DNA from: Candidatus Multivorans sp. | GTDB taxonomy: Bacteria; Acidobacteriota; Thermoanaerobaculia; Multivoradales; Multivoraceae | Assembly: GCA_965247095.1 (NCBI GenBank) | Contig: OZ251997.1 | Coordinates: 1,024,001-1,088,000, forward strand | Direction: 5' to 3' | DNA length: 64,000 nucleotides | Part shown: in pieces, positions 55,820 through 64,000 of the stretch | Layout of the letters: every line of letters starts with the position of its first letter | Numbering within the stretch: the first letter of the stretch is position 1 | Notes under the pieces: model-generated | The model's input: the letters and a program-made list of their open reading frames with translations, nothing else | What the model was told of the DNA's origin: nothing | Databases searched by the model: none | Program-made: the position numbers and the translations under genes

Positions 55820-57241
55820 ATGCCGGAGGCTCTATCTGCTGCCGAGCGGGCCGACCTGCAGGTCGGTCTGCGCATGGCCCATCCCCCTGATCCGGCGGCC
55901 CTTGGGGCGGAACGGCAGCGCCTGTCCGATCTCGAGGCAGGGCCCCGGACGACCCGCTGGCGCGCCTTTGCCGGGCTGATCGGCCCCGGCTACATGCAGA
56001 GCGCGATGACGCTCGGCAGCGGCACCGCGGCTTCCGCCCTGTTCGCGGGTGCGGTGTTCGGCTACGAACTCCTCTGGGTCGCGCCCCTGGCCATGCTTCT
56101 GGGCATGGTCATGCTCTCCGCGGTGGCCCACCAGACGCTGTCCACGGGGCTGCGGCCGTTCGACGCCATGCGGCGGTTTGCCGGGGCGCCGCTGGCCTGG
56201 AGCTGGGCCCTCGGGGCCCTGATCGCATCGATCGTCTGGCACTTCCCGCAGTACGCGCTGGCGTCCGCCGTGCTGGTCGACCTCGGTGAGGCCGCGGGTG
56301 TCGAGGGATTGCCGGCGCCGCTTCTGGGTTTCCTGGTCCTGTTCTGGGCGATCCTCGTCTCGTCGCTCTACGGTCGCCGGCCGGAACTCATCCGCGTCTA
56401 CGAGCGGCTGCTGCGGTACATGGTGTGGGGAATCGTCCTCTGCTTCGGGTGGGTCGTCGCGCGGACCGGTATTGCGGACTGGGGAGCTCTCTTCCGCGGC
56501 TTCGTGGGCTTCGCGGTGCCCGGCGAGCGCAACGGCGTGCTCGGCGTCACGGTGATCCTGAGCGGGCTGTCGGCGGCGGTCGGAATCAACATGGTGTTCC
56601 TGTATCCGTACTCGCTGCTGGCCCGCGGCTGGTCGCGGGAACACCGCTCGCTGGCGAGGTTCGACCTCTGGACCGGCACCTTCATCCCCTATGTGCTCGC
56701 GGCGAGTCTGATGGTCATCGCGGCGGCGAACACGATCCACCTCGATCCCGCCTACGAGGGCGTGCGGTTGGGCCCGGTGGAGGCGGCGAAGTCGCTGGCG
56801 GCGGTGGCCGGCCCGGCGGCGGGCCGCGTCGTGTTCGACCTCGGCGTGCTGGGGATGGCGCTGTCCACGATCACCCTTCACATGCTGGCGACCGGTTTTG
56901 TCGCGTGCGAGCTCTTCGGTTGGCGGTTCGGCGGCCGCAAGCATCGGCTGGCGATGCTGCTGCCCGCACCCGGGGTCCTCGGACCCGTGTTCTGGGGCGA
57001 CATCGCGGTGTGGCTGGCGGTGCCGACGAACATCGTCTGCGGGCTGTTCCTGCCCGCCGCCTACATCGGCTTCGTCATTCTGCAGCGAAAGCGGGGCTAC
57101 CTGGGCGCGGACCGCGCGGACGGCGTCCGCGGTTGGCTCTGGTGGGGCGCGATGGTCGCAGTGACGGCCTTCCTGACCGGCTTCATGGCCTGGTACGTCT
57201 GGACTCAGGGCGCGGGCTACCTGGGACGTCTGGCGGGCTGA
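55820..57241 (+). CDS. NRAMP-like divalent cation/solute transporter
   Basis: IGPG...TLGSG...AGAVFGYELLW N-terminal pattern and about 11 TM segments. Confidence 0.7.
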   Translation: MPEALSAAERADLQVGLRMAHPPDPAALGAERQRLSDLEAGPRTTRWRAFAGLIGPGYMQSAMTLGSGTAASALFAGAVFGYELLWVAPLAMLLGMVMLSAVAHQTLSTGLRPFDAMRRFAGAPLAWSWALGALIASIVWHFPQYALASAVLVDLGEAAGVEGLPAPLLGFLVLFWAILVSSLYGRRPELIRVYERLLRYMVWGIVLCFGWVVARTGIADWGALFRGFVGFAVPGERNGVLGVTVILSGLSAAVGINMVFLYPYSLLARGWSREHRSLARFDLWTGTFIPYVLAASLMVIAAANTIHLDPAYEGVRLGPVEAAKSLAAVAGPAAGRVVFDLGVLGMALSTITLHMLATGFVACELFGWRFGGRKHRLAMLLPAPGVLGPVFWGDIAVWLAVPTNIVCGLFLPAAYIGFVILQRKRGYLGADRADGVRGWLWWGAMVAVTAFLTGFMAWYVWTQGAGYLGRLAG

Positions 57242-57255
57242 GGCCCCCTTTCTCG

Positions 57256-57990
57256 ATGCTCCAACTCCGATCGGTCGGCATGCTGTTCGGCGCCGTCGAG
57301 GCGCTTCAGGCCGTCGACCTGGAACTCGTCCCCGGCGAAGTCGTCGGGCTGATGGGCGACAACGGGGCCGGCAAGTCGACCCTGCTCAAGATCGTCGCCG
57401 GCAACTTCGCGCCGACGTCGGGTGAGATCCACTGGGACGGCGGGCCGGTCGAGCTGTCTCCGCTGTCGGCGCGGGAGCACGGGATCGAGGCCGTGTACCA
57501 GGACCTCGCCCTGTGCGACAACCTCTCGGCGGCAGCGAACGTGTTCCTGGGCCGCGAGCTGAGCCGCAGGGTGTTCGGGATTCTGCCGGTGCTCGACCAC
57601 GCCGGGATGCGGCGGAGGTCGGCGAAGCTGTTCGAGCAACTCGGTTCCGACACGCGACCGGACGACCTCGTGCGGAGGATGTCGGGCGGGCAGCGGCAGG
57701 CCATAGCACTCGCCCGGGCGCGCCTCAGTTCACCACGACTCATGCTGCTCGACGAACCGACCGCGGCCATCAGCGTGCGCCAGATCGCCGAGGTGCTGGA
57801 GTTGATCCGTAGCTTGCGCGACCAGGGCGTCTCCGTGCTGCTGATCTCCCACCGGATGTCGGACGTGTTCGCGGTGGCGGACCGCGTCGTCGTGCTCAGG
57901 CGGGGGCGGAAGGTGGCCGACAAGGCGAGCGGGGATTCGTCGCCCGAGGAGGTCACCGCGCTGATCACCGGCGCGATCGAAGGCGCGTGA
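57256..57990 (+). CDS. Sugar ABC transporter ATP-binding protein
   Basis: GDNGAGKST, YQDLALCDNL, MSGGQRQ and LLDEPTAA. Start ATG 57256 lies within ORF 56425..57990. Confidence 0.92.
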   Translation: MLQLRSVGMLFGAVEALQAVDLELVPGEVVGLMGDNGAGKSTLLKIVAGNFAPTSGEIHWDGGPVELSPLSAREHGIEAVYQDLALCDNLSAAANVFLGRELSRRVFGILPVLDHAGMRRRSAKLFEQLGSDTRPDDLVRRMSGGQRQAIALARARLSSPRLMLLDEPTAAISVRQIAEVLELIRSLRDQGVSVLLISHRMSDVFAVADRVVVLRRGRKVADKASGDSSPEEVTALITGAIEGA

Positions 57991-58943
57991 AGAGGTTCCT
58001 CCGTTCGCAGCCCCAGTCGCTCTGGGTGATGCTGACGGTCGCCGGTCTGGCCGGCGCGATGAGCCTGGTCTCGGCGCCGTTCGCGAGCGGCGACAACATC
58101 TTCAACATCAGCCGCAACTTCGCCTTCATCGGGCTGATCGCCCTCGGCCAGACCGCGGTGATCGCGACCGGTGGGATCGATCTTTCGGTCGGCTCCGTCA
58201 TGGGCCTCGCAGGAATAGTGACGGGGCTCGTTCTGGCGTCGGGCCAACCGCTGTTCCTCGCCGCCGCCGCGGGACTTGCGTGTGCGCTCGCGTGCGGGTT
58301 GGTGAACGGTGTGCTGGTCGGCTACCTGCGCCTCTCGCCCTTCGTGGTCACCCTGGGCATGCTCAGCATCGCCCGCTCGCTCGCTCTGGTCATCTCGAAC
58401 AACAAGATGATCCACGATTTCGGCCCCGACGAGGGTCTGCTGCTATCGCTCGGCGGCGGGCGCACCCTGGGGCTCGCGAACCCGGTCTGGCTGCTCCTTG
58501 CGGCGGCACTCTCCGCCGCGGCCTGGTTTCGCTACAGCCGTCTGGCGCGTCACGTGCTGGCGGTCGGCGGCGACGAAGTCTCGGCCCGGCTGGCGGGAGT
58601 GTCGGTGGCCCGGGTCAAGCTCACGGTCTACGTTCTGAGCTCCCTGCTCGCGGGGGTGTCGGCGATCCTGATGATCGGCTGGCTGGGGGCGGTGACGAAC
58701 GCGCTTGGCCAAGGCTACGAACTGCGCGTCATCGCTTCGGCGGTGATCGGCGGCGCCAACCTGATGGGCGGGGAAGGCGGCGCCTTCGGCGCGGTGGCCG
58801 GCGCGGCGCTGATCGAGTTGATCCGCAACAGCCTGCTCCTGCTCGGTGTCGATCCATACTGGCAGGGGGCCTTCGTCGGCGGCTCGATCATCGTCGCTAT
58901 GCTGGTCGAACGAGTGAGACGGGCCGGTCCGGCCGGCGGTTGA
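57987..58943 (+). CDS. Sugar ABC transporter permease (RbsC-like)
   Basis: GGIDLSVGS, PFVVTLG and YELRVIASAVIGG. Confidence 0.93.
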   Translation: MKRFLRSQPQSLWVMLTVAGLAGAMSLVSAPFASGDNIFNISRNFAFIGLIALGQTAVIATGGIDLSVGSVMGLAGIVTGLVLASGQPLFLAAAAGLACALACGLVNGVLVGYLRLSPFVVTLGMLSIARSLALVISNNKMIHDFGPDEGLLLSLGGGRTLGLANPVWLLLAAALSAAAWFRYSRLARHVLAVGGDEVSARLAGVSVARVKLTVYVLSSLLAGVSAILMIGWLGAVTNALGQGYELRVIASAVIGGANLMGGEGGAFGAVAGAALIELIRNSLLLLGVDPYWQGAFVGGSIIVAMLVERVRRAGPAGG

Positions 58944-58986
58944 ACATTGACCCTGGAGTTGCCGGCGGTCGGGAGTTCTGGCTGGA

Positions 58987-60048
58987 ATGGAGTTGCAAGT
59001 GAGTTCGAGGATGAGATCTGAAGGTGAGCGGCACGCAGGCCAGGCATGTCTCCCGACCGTTCTGTGTCTGGCCCTGGCGTTCTCGGTCGGGGGCTGTGCT
59101 CAGGAGGACACCGGCTACACCTTCGCCCTGGTGCCGAAGGCCATGAACAATCCGTTCTTCGACTACGCCCGCGACGGCTGCATGCAGGCTGCCGCGGATC
59201 TCGAGGATGTCGAATGCCTCTACATCGGCCCCAGCGAGCACACGGAGGCGGACCAGATCCAGGTCGTCGAGGACCTGATCACCCGCCGCGTGGACGGCCT
59301 GGCGGTGTCGCCGTCGAACGCGAGCGCGATGGCGCGGGCGCTCGTGCGGGCAAAGGAGGTCGGCATCCCCGTGATCACCTGGGATTCCGACCTGCTGGCC
59401 GAGGATTCCGGCTTGCGCACGACGTACGTGGGTACGGAGAACCGCGCGATGGGGGTGGAGCAGGCGAAGCTGCTGCAGGGATTGAAACCGGACGGGGGCG
59501 CCATCTGCATCCAGTCGGGCGGCGCCGCGGCGATGAATCACAACGAGCGGATGCAGGGACTCCGGGACACTCTGGCCGGCGTCGAGTCGAGCGAGCCGCC
59601 GGGGGATCGCCTCGAAGGCCGGAACGGTTGGACCGAGGCGGCGGCCTGTCCCCTCTACACCAACGACGACTTTCCGCTCGCCGTTCAGCAGATGGCCGAC
59701 GTGCTGGCCTCCCAGCCGGACCTGGACGTCTTCTCGATCACGGGCGGATTCCCGCAGTTCGTCGACCAGGCGTACCGGCAGGCCGTGGCGCCGTACCGGG
59801 ATCGGATCGACTCGCGTGATCTCGTGATCATCGGCGCCGACGTCCTGCCGATGCAACTGGACCTGCTGGCCGAGGGACTGAGTCACGGCCAGGTGGGGCA
59901 GCGCCCCTACGCGATGGGCTACCGGTCGATGGAGGTCCTGCTGGAGCTCGTGGGCGGCGGCACGGTCGAGGATCCGATCCACACCGGTCTCGATGTGCTG
60001 ATCAGCGCCGAGGATGTCGAGGCGTTCCGGGCAGGGCGGGGCGAGTGA
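58987..60048 (+). CDS. Sugar ABC transporter substrate-binding lipoprotein (RbsB-like)
   Basis: Lipobox VGGC, VPKAMNNPFF, GIPVITWDSD and GQRPYAMG. Confidence 0.9.
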   Translation: MELQVSSRMRSEGERHAGQACLPTVLCLALAFSVGGCAQEDTGYTFALVPKAMNNPFFDYARDGCMQAAADLEDVECLYIGPSEHTEADQIQVVEDLITRRVDGLAVSPSNASAMARALVRAKEVGIPVITWDSDLLAEDSGLRTTYVGTENRAMGVEQAKLLQGLKPDGGAICIQSGGAAAMNHNERMQGLRDTLAGVESSEPPGDRLEGRNGWTEAAACPLYTNDDFPLAVQQMADVLASQPDLDVFSITGGFPQFVDQAYRQAVAPYRDRIDSRDLVIIGADVLPMQLDLLAEGLSHGQVGQRPYAMGYRSMEVLLELVGGGTVEDPIHTGLDVLISAEDVEAFRAGRGE

Positions 60049-60055
60049 CGCGGGC

Positions 60056-61861
60056 TCAGCGGGCGGAATCGTTGATCCGCGGCAGCTCGATGTCCCGGAC
60101 CAGATAGCTGCTGCGCCCCGACGCTTCGTCCCGGACGCCGACCGCGACCGCGAAAGTGCCGGGTGGCAGATCGACGTTGACGACCACGACAGCGTTCCCA
60201 TCCGGCGGCGGCAGTTGAGCCTCGCTCAAGGTGAGCGTCTTCTGGCGCATCGGCGTGCGGTCGCCGTCCTCGTTCTCGGCCACCAGGAAGATCCTTACGG
60301 CGCCCGCCCGGCCGGACGGACCGGGCAGGAGAGTCACTTCGGAGAACGGCACGTGGACCTCCACCGGCAGCGTGAACTGCTTTGAGCCGACCGCCGCCTC
60401 CATCTCGCCGAACGTCACGTCGATGGCCAGGGGATTGCTCTGCTCGTTGAGCTTCAGGGCGGCAAACAACCGGTCAGCCAGCCGCTGCTCCTCGGACTTG
60501 AGGATGTAGGAACGGCGGTAGCGCAACCGCCAACCCTTTCTGGGTTGTTTCAGCCGGACATCGATCTGCCTGATGGGGTGACGGCGCTCGGGCAGTGCGG
60601 CGTAGCCCAGCGAATAGTAGGAACCGAAGTCGGCGGCGATTTCCTCCAGGGACGCCGCCGGGTGCGCCTGGTTGAACACGGCCCGGCCGCCGGTCTCATC
60701 GGCCAGCAAGCTCAGGGTCGCCTGCAGGTTGTCAACCCTGAGGCGATCGTTCTGGCTACTGGGAACGAGAACGGTGGAAAGGCGCAGGCCTCCGGCGCCG
60801 CCGCCGTCCGCGGCGCCGATCGGGCCCGAGAGACTCGGGTCCACCGAAGAGGATGCGCGAATGCCGCCGGCGTCCACCGGATAGATGGTGACCCGGTTCG
60901 CGTTGCTGAACGCGCTGAGGCGATTGAATCGCGTCGTGTCATCCCATTCGCGCTCCAGTGCATCGGTTTCCGACTGCCGTTCGGGGCATACCTCGCCCAG
61001 GTAGTGGTACAGCTCTGCCCCCGGCCGCTGAGGCAGGCCGTCACTGACATAGATCAGCGCTTTCGGCCCCGGCAAGCCGCCGAGAGCCGTGATCAGCTCG
61101 GCGAGAGCGGACGCCGAAACCGCACTCCGGGACTGCATCTCGGCGGCGTAGTGGTTCGCCGAGCCGAGAAAGTTGGGCCACAGGTCCACGCAGGGCACGC
61201 AGCCGGGAGCGAGGGGGCTTGCCGTCGGCTGAGCGCACGCCTCGTAGCCGCGGCGCACCTCACGGACGATCTGCCCCCGAAGCAACTGGTCGTCATGGGC
61301 GGGAGAACGCGGTTCCGAACGGAGTTCTTCCAGGGCGCCGAGGAGTTCTCGCGGATCGGTCGTGAACGGCACGCGAATGTTCAGCTCCGGGTCGGCCGTA
61401 GCGAGAAGAAACCGGATACCCCGACTCTGATCGCCGCGACCGCTCAGGAAGGACGCCAGGTCACCGTCGATGCGGAGCAGGTTGCCGTGAGTGGTTCGGT
61501 AGCGGTCCACATGGAGCGCCACCATCAGGGGGGCCTCGGCGTCGGTCAGCTCTTCCAGTTCGTCTCCCTCGGTCCACTCGAGGCCGTCACGCGTCGCGGC
61601 GCTCAGGAAGTTCGTGACTTCCACCTGCTCGCCTTCCTCGTAGACCTCGAAGTCGGCGGCCGTGAGGTCCGCTATCGGTTCCCCCCGGCGGTTCGTCACG
61701 TGAACGTCGATGTTCACGACATTGACTGTCACCTGGTCGACGACCGTCGCCGCCGGCGAGTCCGGGCTCTCCGGCTGCTGTGGGGGGACTTGAGAGACGG
61801 CCAGCGCTGGAACCGCTACGAAGACGGCCGTCAGCAGAAACGCGCGGCGGTGTGAAGCCAT
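60056..61861 (-). CDS. Acidobacteria-type VWA domain-containing secreted protein
   Basis: VNVVNIDVHVTNRRG.PI.DL...DFEVYEEG, GPKALIYVSDG, LADETGG and YYSLGY. Confidence 0.85.
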   Translation of the reverse strand: MASHRRAFLLTAVFVAVPALAVSQVPPQQPESPDSPAATVVDQVTVNVVNIDVHVTNRRGEPIADLTAADFEVYEEGEQVEVTNFLSAATRDGLEWTEGDELEELTDAEAPLMVALHVDRYRTTHGNLLRIDGDLASFLSGRGDQSRGIRFLLATADPELNIRVPFTTDPRELLGALEELRSEPRSPAHDDQLLRGQIVREVRRGYEACAQPTASPLAPGCVPCVDLWPNFLGSANHYAAEMQSRSAVSASALAELITALGGLPGPKALIYVSDGLPQRPGAELYHYLGEVCPERQSETDALEREWDDTTRFNRLSAFSNANRVTIYPVDAGGIRASSSVDPSLSGPIGAADGGGAGGLRLSTVLVPSSQNDRLRVDNLQATLSLLADETGGRAVFNQAHPAASLEEIAADFGSYYSLGYAALPERRHPIRQIDVRLKQPRKGWRLRYRRSYILKSEEQRLADRLFAALKLNEQSNPLAIDVTFGEMEAAVGSKQFTLPVEVHVPFSEVTLLPGPSGRAGAVRIFLVAENEDGDRTPMRQKTLTLSEAQLPPPDGNAVVVVNVDLPPGTFAVAVGVRDEASGRSSYLVRDIELPRINDSAR

Positions 61862-61867
61862 GCCTTC

Positions 61868-61875
61868 ACTATACT
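61868..61875. promoter_or_regulatory. Overlapping bidirectional -10 elements
   Basis: TATACT (+, 61870-61875) and TATAGT (-, 61868-61873), each exactly 6 nt from a divergent ATG. Confidence 0.6.
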
Positions 61876-61881
61876 GACGCG

Positions 61882-62769
61882 ATGTTCCGGGCGGGCTTGA
61901 GCGCCACGAATCAGGTGCTCCCTGCCGCGGCGGGGGCGTTCCTGACCGTCTGCCTTGGCGTCGGCCTCGCGGCTGCTCCGGCAGCCGCCCAGATATCCCG
62001 CCCCGAACCGGAGTACACGGGGTCGGACCGGATCGAGGAGTGGTCCGGCCGCCGCGTCCTCGTCGTCACCCCGCATCCGGACGACGAGACCTTCACTTCG
62101 GGCGGCACGCTGGCGCTCCTGACGGCAAACGGGAACGACGTCCAGGTGGTGATCTTCACCACGGACAACGCCGGTTCGCGCGACCCGGAGATGACGAAGG
62201 ACCGATTGAAGGCGATCCGCCGGGCCGAGGAAGAGGAAGCCTGCCGCATTCTCGGTATCCCGAAGGAGAACATCCACTGGCTCGGACACGACGACGGAAT
62301 GCTGGAGTACGTGGACCGGCGGGAACTGACCCGGCAGGTGGCGCGGGAGATCCGGCGGTTCAAGCCCCACGCCCTGTTCTCGGTGGATCCCGGATCGCCC
62401 TACGAGCAGTACCACAAATCGGACCACCGCTCGGGGGCGATCATCACCGTGGACGCGATCCGGGCCGCGCGCTGGCGCCTGTACTTCCCGGAGCTCGAGG
62501 CGGAGGGCCTCGAGGCCTGGAGCGTGCCGCTCGTGTTCTTCTACTACAGCGCGAGCCCGAACTACACGGTCGACATCACCGACGTGGCGGAGAAGAAGGC
62601 GCGCTCGTCGGCGGCCCATATCAGCCAGTTCGGCGCCCTGGTCGATCACTACGATCCCGGGATCGTCGACGAGCAACGGAAGGAATGGGCCGCGAGGCTC
62701 CTGGCGCGGGTCGAGCGCGACGGCGACGGCCGGGTGGTGGAACGCTTCAGGCGTTCCGGGGCCTACTGA
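61882..62769 (+). CDS. PIG-L/LmbE family deacetylase, signal peptide-bearing
   Basis: PHPDDE, RRAEEEEACRILG and HKSDH. Start ATG 61882. Confidence 0.9.
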   Translation: MFRAGLSATNQVLPAAAGAFLTVCLGVGLAAAPAAAQISRPEPEYTGSDRIEEWSGRRVLVVTPHPDDETFTSGGTLALLTANGNDVQVVIFTTDNAGSRDPEMTKDRLKAIRRAEEEEACRILGIPKENIHWLGHDDGMLEYVDRRELTRQVAREIRRFKPHALFSVDPGSPYEQYHKSDHRSGAIITVDAIRAARWRLYFPELEAEGLEAWSVPLVFFYYSASPNYTVDITDVAEKKARSSAAHISQFGALVDHYDPGIVDEQRKEWAARLLARVERDGDGRVVERFRRSGAY

Positions 62770-63843
62770 GTGCCGGCCGCGGGACCGGCTTCGAGCCGGG
62801 ACCTGCCGGCGCTGGCGCTGAGCGTTCTGGACCAGTGTCCGGTGCGCGCCGGCGTCACCGCAGCAGACGCGATCCGGGAGGCTGTGAAACTGGCGCAGGC
62901 CGTGGACCGACTCGGCTACAGGCGCTACTGGCTGGCGGAACACCACAACTCGGAATCCCTCGCCTGCGCCGCTCCCGAAGCCCTGATCGGGCAGGTCGCC
63001 GCCGCGACGAAGAGGATGCGGGTCGGTTCCGGCGGCGTGATGCTGAGCCACTACAGCGCACTCAAGGTGGCCGAAGTGTTCCGGATGCTGGAGACCCTGT
63101 ACCCCGGGCGAATCGACCTGGGCGTAGGCCGGGCGCCGGGTTCGGACCGCTTGACCGCCAGGATCCTTGCGCACGGCCCGGGCCGACTGGGTGTCCAGCA
63201 CTACCCGGAGCAGGTCGCCGACCTGCTCGGGTACCTGGGCCGTGGCCACGAGGACGAGCGCCTGAACGGAGTCCGCGCCATGCCCCAGGGCCACACGCAG
63301 CCGGATGTGTGGCTGCTCGGCTCCAGTCTCGGTTCGGCCCGCTTCGCCGCCTGGTTCGGCTGTCCCTACAGCTTCGCCCACTTCATTCAGCCCGGGGACG
63401 CCGAAGCCGCGCTCGACCTCTACCGGAGCGAGTACCGGCCCTCCGAGCGTCATCCCGAACCGCAGGCAAGCGTCGGCGTCAGCGCGATGGTCGCTGAGAC
63501 GGAGGAGGAGGCGCGCCGGCAGTCGCTCAGCCGCTTTCTGTGGTGGATCCGTTTGACGCAGGGGCGTCCGGGGCCCTTTCCGAGCCTGGAGGAGGCCGAA
63601 GCGTACGAGTTCACGGATCGGGACCGGGTTGTCATGGAGAGGATGCAGGCCCGCAGTCTGATCGGTTCGCCGGATGCCGTGCGGACACGGGCGCAGGAAC
63701 TCGCCGGCCGCCTGGGGGTGGAGGAGCTCGTCGTGCTGACGATCTGCCCCAGTTTCGAGGCCCGCGTCCGTTCGTACGAGCTGCTGGCCGGGGCGATCGG
63801 GCTGAGGGCTACTTCGGTTGACAGCCGCGCCCCTGAAGCCTGA
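62770..63843 (+). CDS. LLM-class (luciferase-like) flavin-dependent oxidoreductase
   Basis: LSVLDQCP, RYWLAEHH, RVGSGGVML.HYS.LKVAE and GRIDLGVGRAPG. Confidence 0.93.
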   Translation: MPAAGPASSRDLPALALSVLDQCPVRAGVTAADAIREAVKLAQAVDRLGYRRYWLAEHHNSESLACAAPEALIGQVAAATKRMRVGSGGVMLSHYSALKVAEVFRMLETLYPGRIDLGVGRAPGSDRLTARILAHGPGRLGVQHYPEQVADLLGYLGRGHEDERLNGVRAMPQGHTQPDVWLLGSSLGSARFAAWFGCPYSFAHFIQPGDAEAALDLYRSEYRPSERHPEPQASVGVSAMVAETEEEARRQSLSRFLWWIRLTQGRPGPFPSLEEAEAYEFTDRDRVVMERMQARSLIGSPDAVRTRAQELAGRLGVEELVVLTICPSFEARVRSYELLAGAIGLRATSVDSRAPEA

Positions 63844-63859
63844 GGATCCACGACGGCGC

Positions 63860-63934
63860 GGCGAGAATGGACTGTGACAGGCGAGAATGGTCCGTGACAG
63901 GCGAGAACGGACTGTGGCTCGGCGAGAATGGACT
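63860..63934. repeat. 20-bp tandem repeat, ~3.7 units
   Basis: GGCGAGAATGGACTGTGACA / GGCGAGAATGGTCCGTGACA / GGCGAGAACGGACTGTGGCTC / GGCGAGAATGGACT. Confidence 0.8.
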
Positions 63935-64000
63935 CGCGATGTTCGAGTCCGCGGAGGTGTGCGACGATGACGATTGTGGATAGGCGGATTGGAACCGGTC

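Noticed and set aside
56425-57255. Apparent N-terminal extension of the sugar ABC ATPase
   Set aside because: It overlaps the NRAMP-like gene in another frame. The ATPase domain begins at ATG 57256.
63860-63934. Possible CRISPR array
   Set aside because: The units are contiguous 20-mers without unique spacers, and no cas genes are present in the window.

Overview
High-GC bacterial chromosome segment, probably Acidobacteriota. This is inferred from an Acidobacteria-type VWA protein, the repeated YFFDxDNAEVLIKVLD domain and PVC/Acidobacteria-type beta-propeller and heme-protein genes. (1) 1-11.6 kb is a defence-island-like block: DUF2442 fragment, type III-like Mod methyltransferase, ABC-ATPase + PD-(D/E)xK-like pair, a HicB-like chimeric remnant, an intact IS1634 (13-bp TIR, 6-bp TSD), a RelE-like/UvrD fusion and an ATPase + DUF4276 pair. 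(2) 12.3-33.2 kb is a co-oriented cluster of unknown function: NAD-epimerase, three PQQ-like beta-propellers, Fe-ADH, HemN-like radical SAM, flavin halogenase-like enzyme, SSS symporter, GT4 and a LolD/FtsX-type ABC exporter. It is interrupted by a CTAG-rich three-gene toxin-antitoxin-chaperone-like cassette and an antisense TonB receptor. (3) 33.3-35.1 kb is an IS110 with a visible two-loop bridge-RNA candidate whose loops match its junction sequence. It is followed by tandem, CT-core-delimited mini-elements that recur elsewhere in the window. (4) 35.2-64 kb holds a twice-frameshifted secreted metalloprotease-like pseudogene, S9 peptidase, TPR protein, tRNA nucleotidyltransferase, ECF sigma/anti-sigma with a two-permease RND system, cytochrome-c dehydrogenase, NRAMP-like and sugar ABC transporters, VWA, PIG-L and LLM genes. 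Many genes look leaderless. No rRNA, tRNA or CRISPR array was seen. All family calls come from motifs read by eye, not from database searches.
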